Of a stretch of 64,000 nt of DNA, positions 16,565 through 25,988 are shown piece after piece (position 1 is the first letter of the stretch; each line of letters starts with the position of its first letter). The notes beneath the pieces are model-generated. The model was not told the DNA's origin and did no database searches. It worked only from the letters and a program-made list of their open reading frames with translations. The position numbers and the translations under genes were made by a program. Location: NCBI GenBank assembly GCA_963675525.2, contig CAXXSL010000008.1:96001-160000 (forward strand). The letters run 5' to 3'. The DNA is from Anaerohalosphaeraceae bacterium. Lineage in GTDB: Bacteria > Planctomycetota > Phycisphaerae > Sedimentisphaerales > Anaerohalosphaeraceae.

Positions 16565-19126
16565 ATGAAGGTGTGTATCTATGACATCGAAGAAAAAAAG
16601 ACCCAACAAAAAAAACAAACCCCCTTGAGTCCGCCGCCGATCGGCAAAAAACGGCTGTGGGCGTTTCGCCTCATCGCCATGATCGGCATTCCGCTGATTC
16701 TGTTTGCGTGCCTGGAGTTGGGTCTCCGCATCGGGGGATTTGGGTATTCAACCGAGATCGCAACGAAACAGAAAGTAAACAGTATCGATCGTTACTGCTA
16801 CAACCAGAAACTGGGCTGGCGGTTCTTTCCCAAACGATTAGCTCGTGACCTTGCAGGTTTTGCGTTTGACATCAAGAAAGCCCCTAGTACCTACCGGATA
16901 TTTGTGCTGGGTGCCTCCGCTGCCCAGGGCGTTCCGGATGAATCCTATAACTTTGGCCGTTTTCTGGAGATTATGCTGGAACATGAATATACCCAGACGA
17001 ATTTCGAAGTGATCAATGTCGCCATGACAGCGATCAACTCGCATGGGGTTTATCAAATTGCCAAAAGCTGCGGACGGTTCGAGCCCGACCTGATGATCGT
17101 GTACCTGGGCAATAATGAGGTCGTCGGTCCCTATGGTGCCGGAACGATTTTTTCCCCCTTGTCACCGAACCTGACGATGATCCGGGCCAACGCCGCGATG
17201 ACCTGTACCAAAACAGGGCAATTATTACAAAGCCTGCTGTCCATTGCCAGCTCTAACAGCAAGGTTCCGCAGTCATGGGGCGGGATGGAAATGTTCCTCG
17301 ATGAGCAGGTCCGCCCGGAGTCCGACGCCTTAGGGGTGGTATACAGTCACTTTGAGCAAAACTTAAGAGACATTTGCAATGTCGGCATCCGAGTAAACGC
17401 AAACGTCCTTGTTTCCAATGTCGGGTGTAATTTAAAAGACAGCGCGCCCTTTGCCTCGCAGCATCGAAACGGCCTGACGGATTCGGAGAAAAAGGCGTGG
17501 GAGGAACATTACCTGGAAAGCATTGTTCATGAAACCGCGGGAGAACTTGAAGAGGCTGTTGCCGGCTACCTGGCGGCGGAGCAAATTGATGATGCTTTCG
17601 CGGACCTGCAGTTTCGCCTGGGGCGATGCTGCTGGCGACTCGGGCAATACCAAAAAGCCAGGGACCGGTACACCTTAGCCCGGGAGTATGATACATTGCG
17701 GTTTCGGGCCGATACTCAAATAAACAAAGTCATTCGGTCAGTTGCTGAGGGCCGAGAGCCGGAAGGTGTTTATTTTGTCGACACCGTTAAAGCTCTGGAG
17801 GCGAACAGTCCTCATGGCATCCCCGGCAATGAACTGTTTTATGAGCATGTCCATTATCGATTTGAAGGCAATTACATCCTTGCGAAAACGATGTTTGAGC
17901 AAGTCAAAGGAATGCTTCCTGAAAAAATAACCAAACATAAAAAAGACCTGCCGACATTGACATTGGCCGATTGCCAGGATCGCCTGGTCTACACGGCTTT
18001 TGAGAGGTGTTATCGGGCAGAATCTGTTCTCGAAGACCTGGTCAACAAACCCCCCTTTACGAATCAGTCCTATCATGACGAATTGATCACAGCGCTGGAA
18101 AACGAGGCGGAACACTTTAGGCAGGACATCCAACCCAGCCAGGAAAAAACCCGGGCCCTTTACGATCAACAAATAAGCCTGCACCCGCAGGACTGGAGGT
18201 TGCGATGGAAACGGGCTGTTTTTTCCGCCCAAGACGCTTCGAAACTTGGATATGTCGCCATGGAGTTCAAAAAAGTGCTTCAATACCTGCCCTACGATAA
18301 GGCATATCGCGGGTTGCTCCCCATTCTAATCATGCAAAACAAACTGGATGAGGCGGAATCCTGTGGTAGGGAACTGGTCAAGATGAAACCGACTTCCGAA
18401 TACGCATACTTTTACCTTGGGGATATTTATCGAAAAAAGGGAGACGACCGCAAAGCCATCAAGTACTTTTCAGAGTGCATCGATCTGAAGCCTGACGGAT
18501 CACCTCTCGTCTACGAATATTTAGCGGAAGCTTTTGAGAGAACCGGAAAACCCAAAAAAGCTATTAAGGTTCTGTATAAAGCCATCGAACACTCCCCGAA
18601 AGAGAAAACCGCGACGGTCCATATTCATCTCGGGCTTCTTTTAGGCAAACAAAACAGTGGCGAAGAAGCGATTCAGATCCTCCGCACAGCAATCCATGAT
18701 TTCCCGCCGGAGGAAATCAAGAAAGAAAATGACGTGTTTGTACTTTTGCTGCAATTGGATCAAATCGAGTTAGCCCTTGACCTCTATCACCAGGTCTTAA
18801 AAGTCCAGCCCGATTCCATCACGATGCTTAATAACCTGGCCTGGATTTTGGCAACCTGTGACGATGAAACAATTCGTAATCCTAAAGAAGCGGTTGAATT
18901 GGCCGAGAAAGCATGTACCCTTACAAATTACAAGTCGCCCCGAACACTGGATACCCTGGCCGCCGCATACGCAAGCTCAGGCAATTTTGAAAGAGCTGTA
19001 ATCACTGCCAAAAAAGCAGTCAAGACGGCAAATGAGGGGGGGCAATTCGACCAGGCTGTCAAAATAAAGAATAAACTTCGTTTGTATGAAAAAGGGATAC
19101 CCTACCGCGAAAAAATAAATCCTTGA
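16565..19126 (+). CDS. Membrane-anchored SGNH/GDSL-like domain plus TPR protein
   Basis: N-terminal TM helix; blocks RIFVLGASAAQG, EVINVA, IVYLGNNE, YEHVH; C-terminal TPRs (NNLAWILAT, LDTLAAAYA); start uncertain (see findings). Confidence 0.8.
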   Translation: MKVCIYDIEEKKTQQKKQTPLSPPPIGKKRLWAFRLIAMIGIPLILFACLELGLRIGGFGYSTEIATKQKVNSIDRYCYNQKLGWRFFPKRLARDLAGFAFDIKKAPSTYRIFVLGASAAQGVPDESYNFGRFLEIMLEHEYTQTNFEVINVAMTAINSHGVYQIAKSCGRFEPDLMIVYLGNNEVVGPYGAGTIFSPLSPNLTMIRANAAMTCTKTGQLLQSLLSIASSNSKVPQSWGGMEMFLDEQVRPESDALGVVYSHFEQNLRDICNVGIRVNANVLVSNVGCNLKDSAPFASQHRNGLTDSEKKAWEEHYLESIVHETAGELEEAVAGYLAAEQIDDAFADLQFRLGRCCWRLGQYQKARDRYTLAREYDTLRFRADTQINKVIRSVAEGREPEGVYFVDTVKALEANSPHGIPGNELFYEHVHYRFEGNYILAKTMFEQVKGMLPEKITKHKKDLPTLTLADCQDRLVYTAFERCYRAESVLEDLVNKPPFTNQSYHDELITALENEAEHFRQDIQPSQEKTRALYDQQISLHPQDWRLRWKRAVFSAQDASKLGYVAMEFKKVLQYLPYDKAYRGLLPILIMQNKLDEAESCGRELVKMKPTSEYAYFYLGDIYRKKGDDRKAIKYFSECIDLKPDGSPLVYEYLAEAFERTGKPKKAIKVLYKAIEHSPKEKTATVHIHLGLLLGKQNSGEEAIQILRTAIHDFPPEEIKKENDVFVLLLQLDQIELALDLYHQVLKVQPDSITMLNNLAWILATCDDETIRNPKEAVELAEKACTLTNYKSPRTLDTLAAAYASSGNFERAVITAKKAVKTANEGGQFDQAVKIKNKLRLYEKGIPYREKINP

Positions 19127-19155
19127 TAGAAGAATAATCATTATTCACACTCTCA

Positions 19156-20484
19156 GTGAAAGGTGAACCAATGAACAGAATACTGTTTTCAAGAAAATTC
19201 CAACTCCTGTCCCTGTTAATTTGTTTAGCAGCAGGCGTTGGCTGCTCGAATTCCATCGCTCTTGCCGACACAAAAAAAGATGTATCACATTGTTACCCGA
19301 ATTATATCCTCGAAAACGGCCAGAAACTGCTTGGAAACAACAACTACCCCGCTATTTCCTATTCCGGCGATCGCAAGAACCCTCGGACACTCGAAAATTC
19401 CCCGAGTCTTGAAGACATCAAAGAAGATCTGAAGATACTTTCCGCCATGGGTGTCAAACTGCTTCGAACCTATAACACCATTGAGTTTCCCCAGTCCGAA
19501 CGAATTCTCAAGGCGATCCGGGAACTCAAACAAACTGATCCGGACTTTGAGATGTACGTCATGCTGGGAGCATGGATTCAATGCAAGAACGCCTTCAAGG
19601 ACGGAACGGACCACAACATCGAAGATTACGAATGGAATAAGGCGGAAATTGAGGGGGGCCTTAGACTGGCGAGCCAATACCCCGATATCGTCAAGATCAT
19701 CGCCGTCGGCAATGAGGCCATGGTTACCTGGCAGGCGCATTTTGTTCCCGCTTCTACCATACTCAAATGGGTCAACACTCTCAAAGAAGCAAGAACAACA
19801 GGCAAAATGCCGGCTAAAACGCTGATCACCACCTCTGACAACTGGGCCGCCCTGGGCGGTGAGGAAAGATACCGCAGCAAAGACCTGTTGGAACTGATGA
19901 AACAGATGGATTTCGTTTCGCTACATACCTATGCCTTTCATGATACCTTTTACAACCATGGATTGAAATGGGGCCCGCTGCCGGACGAGGCCAAGTTGTC
20001 TGCCGCTGAGCAGGCCGCCAAGTCGATTGAACGAGCCATCGCCGAACAGAAGATTCAGTATAAAGCCGTCAAAGATTACCTGAAGGATATTGGCGTCGAC
20101 AAAGAGATTCATATTGGCGAGACCGGTTGGGCCAGTCTGGACAATTCTCATTATGGTGGCGCTGGAACGTGTGCAGCCAATGAATATAACGCGAAGCTGT
20201 TTTACGACGCCGCCAGAAAATGGACGACAGAAAATAATTTAACCTGTTTTTATTTTGAAGCGTTTGACGAACCCTGGAAAAGCAATGGCACGGATGGGTC
20301 AGAAGGTCATTTCGGTCTTTTGACGGTTGATGGAAAAGCGAAATATCCGCTCTGGGATTTAGTCGATACAGGCGCTTTTAAGGGCCTGAAACGCGGCGGC
20401 AATGCCATCCGAAAAACCTACGATGGAAACGAAAAGACCATATTAGAAAATTTTCACGCCCCTGTATTCAAGAAGACCCAATAA
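19156..20484 (+). CDS. GH17-like beta-1,3-glucanase, probable lipoprotein
   Basis: LLRTYN, IIAVGNEAMV, IHIGETGWAS, FYFEAFDEPWK, EGHFGL; lipobox-like GVGC; likely start ATG 19171 after AAGGTG. Confidence 0.85.
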   Translation: MKGEPMNRILFSRKFQLLSLLICLAAGVGCSNSIALADTKKDVSHCYPNYILENGQKLLGNNNYPAISYSGDRKNPRTLENSPSLEDIKEDLKILSAMGVKLLRTYNTIEFPQSERILKAIRELKQTDPDFEMYVMLGAWIQCKNAFKDGTDHNIEDYEWNKAEIEGGLRLASQYPDIVKIIAVGNEAMVTWQAHFVPASTILKWVNTLKEARTTGKMPAKTLITTSDNWAALGGEERYRSKDLLELMKQMDFVSLHTYAFHDTFYNHGLKWGPLPDEAKLSAAEQAAKSIERAIAEQKIQYKAVKDYLKDIGVDKEIHIGETGWASLDNSHYGGAGTCAANEYNAKLFYDAARKWTTENNLTCFYFEAFDEPWKSNGTDGSEGHFGLLTVDGKAKYPLWDLVDTGAFKGLKRGGNAIRKTYDGNEKTILENFHAPVFKKTQ

Positions 20485-20524
20485 AGTCCTGAATAAATCT
20501 GAACGGTTCAACGTTTCTAGCAAG

Positions 20525-21835
20525 TTAGTTCAAACTTTCAAGCCAATATTGGACAAGTGCCCAAATGTCCTCGGTTCCTACACTGCCGTTGCAGGAGAGA
20601 TCCGCTTCGCCGCACCAAGTGTTGTAGATGTCACAGTTGGCATCCTGCCAATGGGCCGCAATGTGGGTAAAATCCACAAGGTTTACATCCGTGTCATCAT
20701 CGATGTCGCCGGACTGGTCACTGATACCGGTCAGAAACTGAAAATCGGTGATGACGATTTCTGATTCCTGGCCGTTACTTGGCGCTGAGCCGTTGATCAG
20801 CCACAGATTCATGCGCACATTCTCGCCTCCCGGAGGTGGATCATCAGGACCGGTGTAATGCCAATCACGAATCACATTTTCCGGGGGCGGAGCCAATTCA
20901 AAAGCACCATAATAGCTCTTAAAATAGATTCCATCTGGCCGCCATGTCATGACATGTGTTGTCGTATCACTCGGTCCGGTATAGTTAATATCAAATCGGA
21001 ACAAATTCCCCGGTGTGTCCCATGGCTGAATCACATACTGTCCAATATCATTTAACGGATTCTGCCAGCGACTGAATTCAAAATCAATCTCGCGATAATT
21101 GTACTGCGGTGCATACGTATCCCACGTAAACAAACCCAGAACGACGTTCCGGTCCAAATTGTCAACACGGCTGTTAACCGTAAACACATAGGTTCCATAT
21201 CCGAATGATTCATCCGAAATAATCTCACTGCAATACCATTGACCGTTCTGTGAGGTGATCTTCAAATGAAGATAGTCGCTCGCATCCACCCAGACATTGT
21301 CAGGGCTATCGGAGAAATTGTTCGGTCCCGGCCCAAGCATATCGCCCGCCTTGACGGCCCAATTGTGATGGGCAAACTGTATGGACCGATTGGCTGGTGT
21401 TCGCGAGACAGTCGCATACGGATAGGAATATAACGCGGCTGGAAGATTTAAATCGCCATGCATTTCCCAAGAGGATTGATAAGGGCCGTTCGGAACCAGA
21501 AAAGCAATGATCTTTGTGGCATACGTATCACTGGCGCCCCCGGTTGTGATATTACATACCCAACTGCGGTCGGAATTAATACCTGTCAGGGGGTCACTCC
21601 ATGTCGGTTTGTTCCACCATCCGGAAACATAAATATACACCAGCACTTTATAATCATCATAGATGACACCTGAAACCTGCCCGCTCAAGTCTTGATAGGT
21701 TCCATACGGCGGCACATCGGTAAAGTGGATATCAATGGCATCGCATAAGGCCGCCGGAGAAAACAGCGTGTCCAAACAAAGTGCCAACACAAATAATGAT
21801 ATACTGAAAGCATTCCTATGCATGATCGAATACAT
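20525..21835 (-). CDS. GH16-fold glycoside hydrolase with unknown N-terminal domain and C-terminal dockerin-like pair
   Basis: FGYGTYVF, VVLGLFTW, REIDFEFSRW, ENVRMNLWL; GDIDDDTDVNLVDF..IAAHW...ADLSCNGSV...W. Confidence 0.8.
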   Translation of the reverse strand: MYSIMHRNAFSISLFVLALCLDTLFSPAALCDAIDIHFTDVPPYGTYQDLSGQVSGVIYDDYKVLVYIYVSGWWNKPTWSDPLTGINSDRSWVCNITTGGASDTYATKIIAFLVPNGPYQSSWEMHGDLNLPAALYSYPYATVSRTPANRSIQFAHHNWAVKAGDMLGPGPNNFSDSPDNVWVDASDYLHLKITSQNGQWYCSEIISDESFGYGTYVFTVNSRVDNLDRNVVLGLFTWDTYAPQYNYREIDFEFSRWQNPLNDIGQYVIQPWDTPGNLFRFDINYTGPSDTTTHVMTWRPDGIYFKSYYGAFELAPPPENVIRDWHYTGPDDPPPGGENVRMNLWLINGSAPSNGQESEIVITDFQFLTGISDQSGDIDDDTDVNLVDFTHIAAHWQDANCDIYNTWCGEADLSCNGSVGTEDIWALVQYWLESLN

Positions 21836-21867
21836 CGAATCTGCTCCTTGTTAAAGAATTGCAATGT

Positions 21868-23811
21868 CTATATGCTCCGGCCCCAGTTCGAAGCTAAGAC
21901 TGCAAAGTCCTCCAGGTTGACGATCCCGTCTCCGCCGGCCGGTTCAATATCCGCCAGCACGCCGCTGGTGCGCCACTCACCTGCCATGATACCAAGATCA
22001 ACAACGTCGACAGTTCCGTCAACATCCAGATCGCCGCGAATGCCAAGAGAAATTTCAAGGTCAACCGGACCTCCGGTCGGCACCGATGTTCCCCCGATCG
22101 GATTCTGACTGATCGTATCTCCGGCCGCAACCGTATTATTAAATGATTGACTGATAACGCCCACTGACAAACCTGCTGTAGTAATTGCCGATTGAGCGCT
22201 TGCCTGATCCATCCCGACAACATCAGGAACCGTCACTATGACCGCAGAAATATTGAAGTAGTTGATATTATAGTCATTCCCACTGGATACAAATCGCATA
22301 ACCTGTGTCCCTGGGGATAATGTGGCGGTCCCGGAAACCGTCGTCCAGTTCTGCCATCCCCCCGTCGGCGGTGCAGTGATATTGCCGGTCTTGTCCACGC
22401 CGTCAAATTCAAGATGGAAGGTGCCGCCTGCCGCGTTTGACGCAACACGGGCTTGAATTGTATAGTCTCCGGCCGCCGGAACGTCAATGGTATATTCCAG
22501 CCATTCACCCGATTCGGTCCATCCGGTGTTATATCCGCCGCCGGTGTCTGAACAATTTTCTATATCAACATCTTCAAGCGTTCGATATTGATTGCCGTTA
22601 TTGCCGGTGTCTCCATCATGGTAAGCAACACCTTCGCCGCCGGTGTCGAAGTCTTCGGCTTCAATTTTTGCCGGTATGACGGTTGGACTGCCGTAAAATG
22701 GCGTCTGCCCGCAGCCGATGCCAACCGTAATACTAATGGTATCTGTACCGGAACCCCCGACATCGTCGATCGCCTTTGCCGTTACCGTATAACATCCATC
22801 AGAAACAGATGTCCAGATAAAACTATAAGGAGATGTCGCGTCCTCACCCAGGTAATTGGAACCCTCATAAAACTCTACAGTTGCAACAGAACCATCGGTG
22901 TCTGAAGCGTCAGCTTCTATCAGAATATCGCCCGCAGGCAGATCGGCATTATTGATCGGATTTGTGATGGAAACCGTCGGGGCAATATTGGATGTGTCCT
23001 GATAGACCCTCACATAGTCGATAAGGTACTGTTGCGGAAAGCTTGCGGTGATACATCCGGAACTTGTACATCCGGTATAATTGCCGCCAACTGCCGCATT
23101 CATGATGATATAAAAATCCTGATCAAAAGGTGCCCGCGGATTACTAGGAGCACCATCACTGTACCATTGGGCACTTGTCTTTGTTGAATAAAGAACTCCG
23201 TCGACGTACCAGCGCATCACATCCGGTTCCCATTCGATCGTATACACATGAAACGCATCCGAGAAATTCACGCCGCCGGGGGAATAGCTCCCCCCTGAGT
23301 ATTGATTGGCCGGCCAGCCCCCACCGTAATGGATTGTACCCCCAATATAATCCGTATTATTGCAGGTTTCCATGATGTCAATTTCGCCGCTGGCGGCCCA
23401 TCCGCCGTATACTTCGTCCGTCGGCATCATCCAGAACGCCGGCCACATCCCGCCGCCGGTCGGAACTTTGGCCCTCGCTTCGATCTTTCCATATAGGAAG
23501 TCCTGTTTGTTCCGGCTGTGGATCTTGCCGGAAGTGTAATCATATCCGGCATCCTGTTCTCTGGCTTCTATAATGAGATTGCCGCCGGAAACACTGATAT
23601 TCTGAGACCGGTAATACTGAAGTTCATTATTCCCCCATCCACACAAATTCGGACAGCCGTTACCAATGTCATAGCTCCAGTTCAACGTATTCAAACTGCT
23701 CCCATCAAACTCATCGGACCAGACAAGCTGATAATCAGCATACCCAACAGCGCAAAAAACCATGATTATTGTCACCATTAATAGTAATCGACACCTAACG
23801 TCAGAAATCAT
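21868..23811 (-). CDS. GH16 laminarinase with Ig-like, CBM6, PASTA and dockerin-like tail
   Basis: LVWSDEFDG, GWGNNELQYY, GMWPAFWMMP, SGEIDIME, APFDQDFY; CBM6 IEAEDFD; PASTA VTVPDVVG. Confidence 0.93.
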   Translation of the reverse strand: MISDVRCRLLLMVTIIMVFCAVGYADYQLVWSDEFDGSSLNTLNWSYDIGNGCPNLCGWGNNELQYYRSQNISVSGGNLIIEAREQDAGYDYTSGKIHSRNKQDFLYGKIEARAKVPTGGGMWPAFWMMPTDEVYGGWAASGEIDIMETCNNTDYIGGTIHYGGGWPANQYSGGSYSPGGVNFSDAFHVYTIEWEPDVMRWYVDGVLYSTKTSAQWYSDGAPSNPRAPFDQDFYIIMNAAVGGNYTGCTSSGCITASFPQQYLIDYVRVYQDTSNIAPTVSITNPINNADLPAGDILIEADASDTDGSVATVEFYEGSNYLGEDATSPYSFIWTSVSDGCYTVTAKAIDDVGGSGTDTISITVGIGCGQTPFYGSPTVIPAKIEAEDFDTGGEGVAYHDGDTGNNGNQYRTLEDVDIENCSDTGGGYNTGWTESGEWLEYTIDVPAAGDYTIQARVASNAAGGTFHLEFDGVDKTGNITAPPTGGWQNWTTVSGTATLSPGTQVMRFVSSGNDYNINYFNISAVIVTVPDVVGMDQASAQSAITTAGLSVGVISQSFNNTVAAGDTISQNPIGGTSVPTGGPVDLEISLGIRGDLDVDGTVDVVDLGIMAGEWRTSGVLADIEPAGGDGIVNLEDFAVLASNWGRSI

Positions 23812-23989
23812 AGTTTTCCTTTCAACATACCTGTCTCGGAATTCGTTATATTCTCTCTTAAAAACATAGTATCACCTGGCATCACTTAAGGAGGCATCTG
23901 CTGATCCACCAACAGGACAAAAATCACCCACCTATTACATCTCTTCCAAAACCTTATCGGATTTATGAAACACGACTAATTATACGAAA

Positions 23990-24018
23990 ATTATACCGGT
24001 TCCTTAAATTCCAATCAA
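23990..24018 (-). promoter_or_regulatory. Putative sigma70 promoter for the 647-aa GH16 gene
   Basis: TTGATT-17 bp-TATAAT on the minus strand. Confidence 0.65.
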
Positions 24019-24051
24019 GCAAAAACTGGAAATAGTGCTGATTTTTAACAT

Positions 24052-24067
24052 TAGCAAGCGGTTTCTA
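24052..24067. promoter_or_regulatory. LacI-type operator, copy 3
   Basis: TAGCAAGCGGTTTCTA. Confidence 0.72.
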
Positions 24068-24363
24068 CCGAGTGAGGCCGAGAGTCCTTTGGGTGTTTTA
24101 CCTGAGGAAACAAAACCCCATAAAATTCTTGATGACCTGTATTTAGGGTTGTTCATTCTCCGCTTAAGGCGGACGAAAAACCAATGTAACTGAAAGGAGT
24201 GTCTTGGTCGCCAATCAATCACATATTTCGCATCTCCTGTGTCCTTTTTTGTCAATATAAGATGCGTCTGACAAGGAAAACAAATCAGCTTCAATTAAAG
24301 CTAACCCGACTTTGCCTCTACGCTGTCCAATCTCTGCTCAGTATTTTTTCTTGGCTTCTGGCA

Positions 24364-25848
24364 TTAAGGCTGCAACTGATACACACGTACATAATCTACA
24401 TACATAGACTGCGGAAAGACCGATGAACCATCCGGATCGCCGGGCCAATCTCCACCGACAGCAACATTCAATATAAAAAAGAAGTTTTTATTAAACGGTG
24501 CAGGGAAAGCGCCTTCAGCGCTCCACCAGCTTTCCATACTGCCAATTAGAACCCCATCGACAAAGAACTTAAATATGTCAGGTTCCCACTCCATACCATA
24601 GATATGAAAATCATTGGCAAAGCTTCCGCCACCGGGCAGATAATAATTAGCGGTTCCTGCTGAATCGTGCGTATAAGGATCGTTGCTTCCGAAGTGAAGC
24701 GAGCTTTTCACCCAGGTAGGAACATTGATTGCTTCCATAATATCGATCTCTCCGCCCTGGGGCCATCCGGAACTGGTATTATTCGGCATCATCCAGAATG
24801 CAGGCCAAACTCCCTGTGTCGAAGGAAGTTTTATCCTTGCTTCCATTTTGCCGTATGTCCAGAATTGTTTGTTCTGAGTAGTCATACGGGCAGAGGTGTG
24901 GTTACGATTGCCATATACCTCTTCTCTCGCTTCTATAACAAGGTTTCCGTTTTCTACACGTGCATTTTCGGGTCTGCTTGTGTAATACTGGATTTCATTG
25001 TTATACCAGTTTCCGCCAGTTTCAAAATTCCAATTTGTAGTGTCGATGCTGGTCCCGTCAAATTCGTCCGACCAGACAAGATCATAACCCGGATAGGGAT
25101 CGGCCGAAGGACTCCATGCGCTAAAAAATACAGCAAGATCTTCCAAATCAATTGTATTCGTTCCGGCCAAATTATATGTGCTGGAAGTCTGATTCCACTC
25201 TCTGGCCAGGTTCAGGAAATCAAGCAGATCAACCCTAAGGTTATTGTCGTAATCCGGACTATTGATCCTGTGTTCGGATTCCAAAACAATATTATCCCAA
25301 TAAGCTTTGCCTGTTGAGGTGCCGCCGGTCGAGATTGTTTGGCAAATGATCCTCGCTTCTGTTGTTCCAACCGGAGCCGTTACGGTATCAGAAAATGTAT
25401 ACCATGTTGCAGCAGAATGAATTGGCGTCAGTGCTCCAACTTGATTTTCGTCTAATTTGGAGCCCGCTGGATGAGGACCGTCCCAAAACTCAATCTTTAA
25501 TATGGCATTTTTATTAACCAGGACTTCAGTAGCATGATAGATCATCTCGCCCGAAATATCGAATTGCTCCCCCTCAGAAGCATTAACAACCTGGATGCAG
25601 CCTGTATCGTTATCCCATATAGCAATCCCGTAACCGTCACGTCTGTACCCGGGATCCGAGTGATGCCAGCCGTTTTGATTCCACCCGGTCCAACCATCCG
25701 GGTACCCATTAGCAAAACTGCCCTTAACCGCACCACTTTCAAAATCCCCATTAACAAGTATGTTTTGAGCAAACACTGAAACTGATAATGACAGGATAAT
25801 GGTAAACCATTTCGTCGGCATATACACCCTCGATTTAACACAATACAA
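24364..25848 (-). CDS. GH16 laminarinase with N-terminal CBM-like domain and internal dockerin-like pair
   Basis: NILVNGDFE...YWDNI CBM-like domain; PDYDNNLRVDLLDF.NLAREW; LVWSDEFDG, WPAFWMMP, GGEIDIME; likely start Met at 25821. Confidence 0.9.
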   Translation of the reverse strand: MYCVKSRVYMPTKWFTIILSLSVSVFAQNILVNGDFESGAVKGSFANGYPDGWTGWNQNGWHHSDPGYRRDGYGIAIWDNDTGCIQVVNASEGEQFDISGEMIYHATEVLVNKNAILKIEFWDGPHPAGSKLDENQVGALTPIHSAATWYTFSDTVTAPVGTTEARIICQTISTGGTSTGKAYWDNIVLESEHRINSPDYDNNLRVDLLDFLNLAREWNQTSSTYNLAGTNTIDLEDLAVFFSAWSPSADPYPGYDLVWSDEFDGTSIDTTNWNFETGGNWYNNEIQYYTSRPENARVENGNLVIEAREEVYGNRNHTSARMTTQNKQFWTYGKMEARIKLPSTQGVWPAFWMMPNNTSSGWPQGGEIDIMEAINVPTWVKSSLHFGSNDPYTHDSAGTANYYLPGGGSFANDFHIYGMEWEPDIFKFFVDGVLIGSMESWWSAEGAFPAPFNKNFFFILNVAVGGDWPGDPDGSSVFPQSMYVDYVRVYQLQP

Positions 25849-25874
25849 ATACAGAGTTACATTGTCCTATTAAC

Positions 25875-25938
25875 ATTATACCAGATTTGTTCAAACAACG
25901 CAACTCCCTGTTGACATATAAAACAAAAAATATATAAT
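25875..25938. promoter_or_regulatory. Back-to-back sigma70 promoters for the GH16 (minus) and bglX (plus) genes
   Basis: Minus: TTGCGT(25903-25898)-17-TATAAT(25880-25875). Plus: TTGACA(25911-25916)-16-TATAAT(25933-25938). Confidence 0.7.
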
Positions 25939-25953
25939 AGCAATCGGTTTCTA
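25938..25953. promoter_or_regulatory. LacI-type operator, copy 4
   Basis: TAGCAATCGGTTTCTA overlapping the last base of the plus-strand -10 box. Confidence 0.75.
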
Positions 25954-25988
25954 TTCAATAGACTTCGTTCCTGAAAAGAAAGGTTCAG

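Noticed and set aside
20504..20519. Half-match to the operator (gtttcta)
   Set aside because: No left half-site, and it lies between convergent genes
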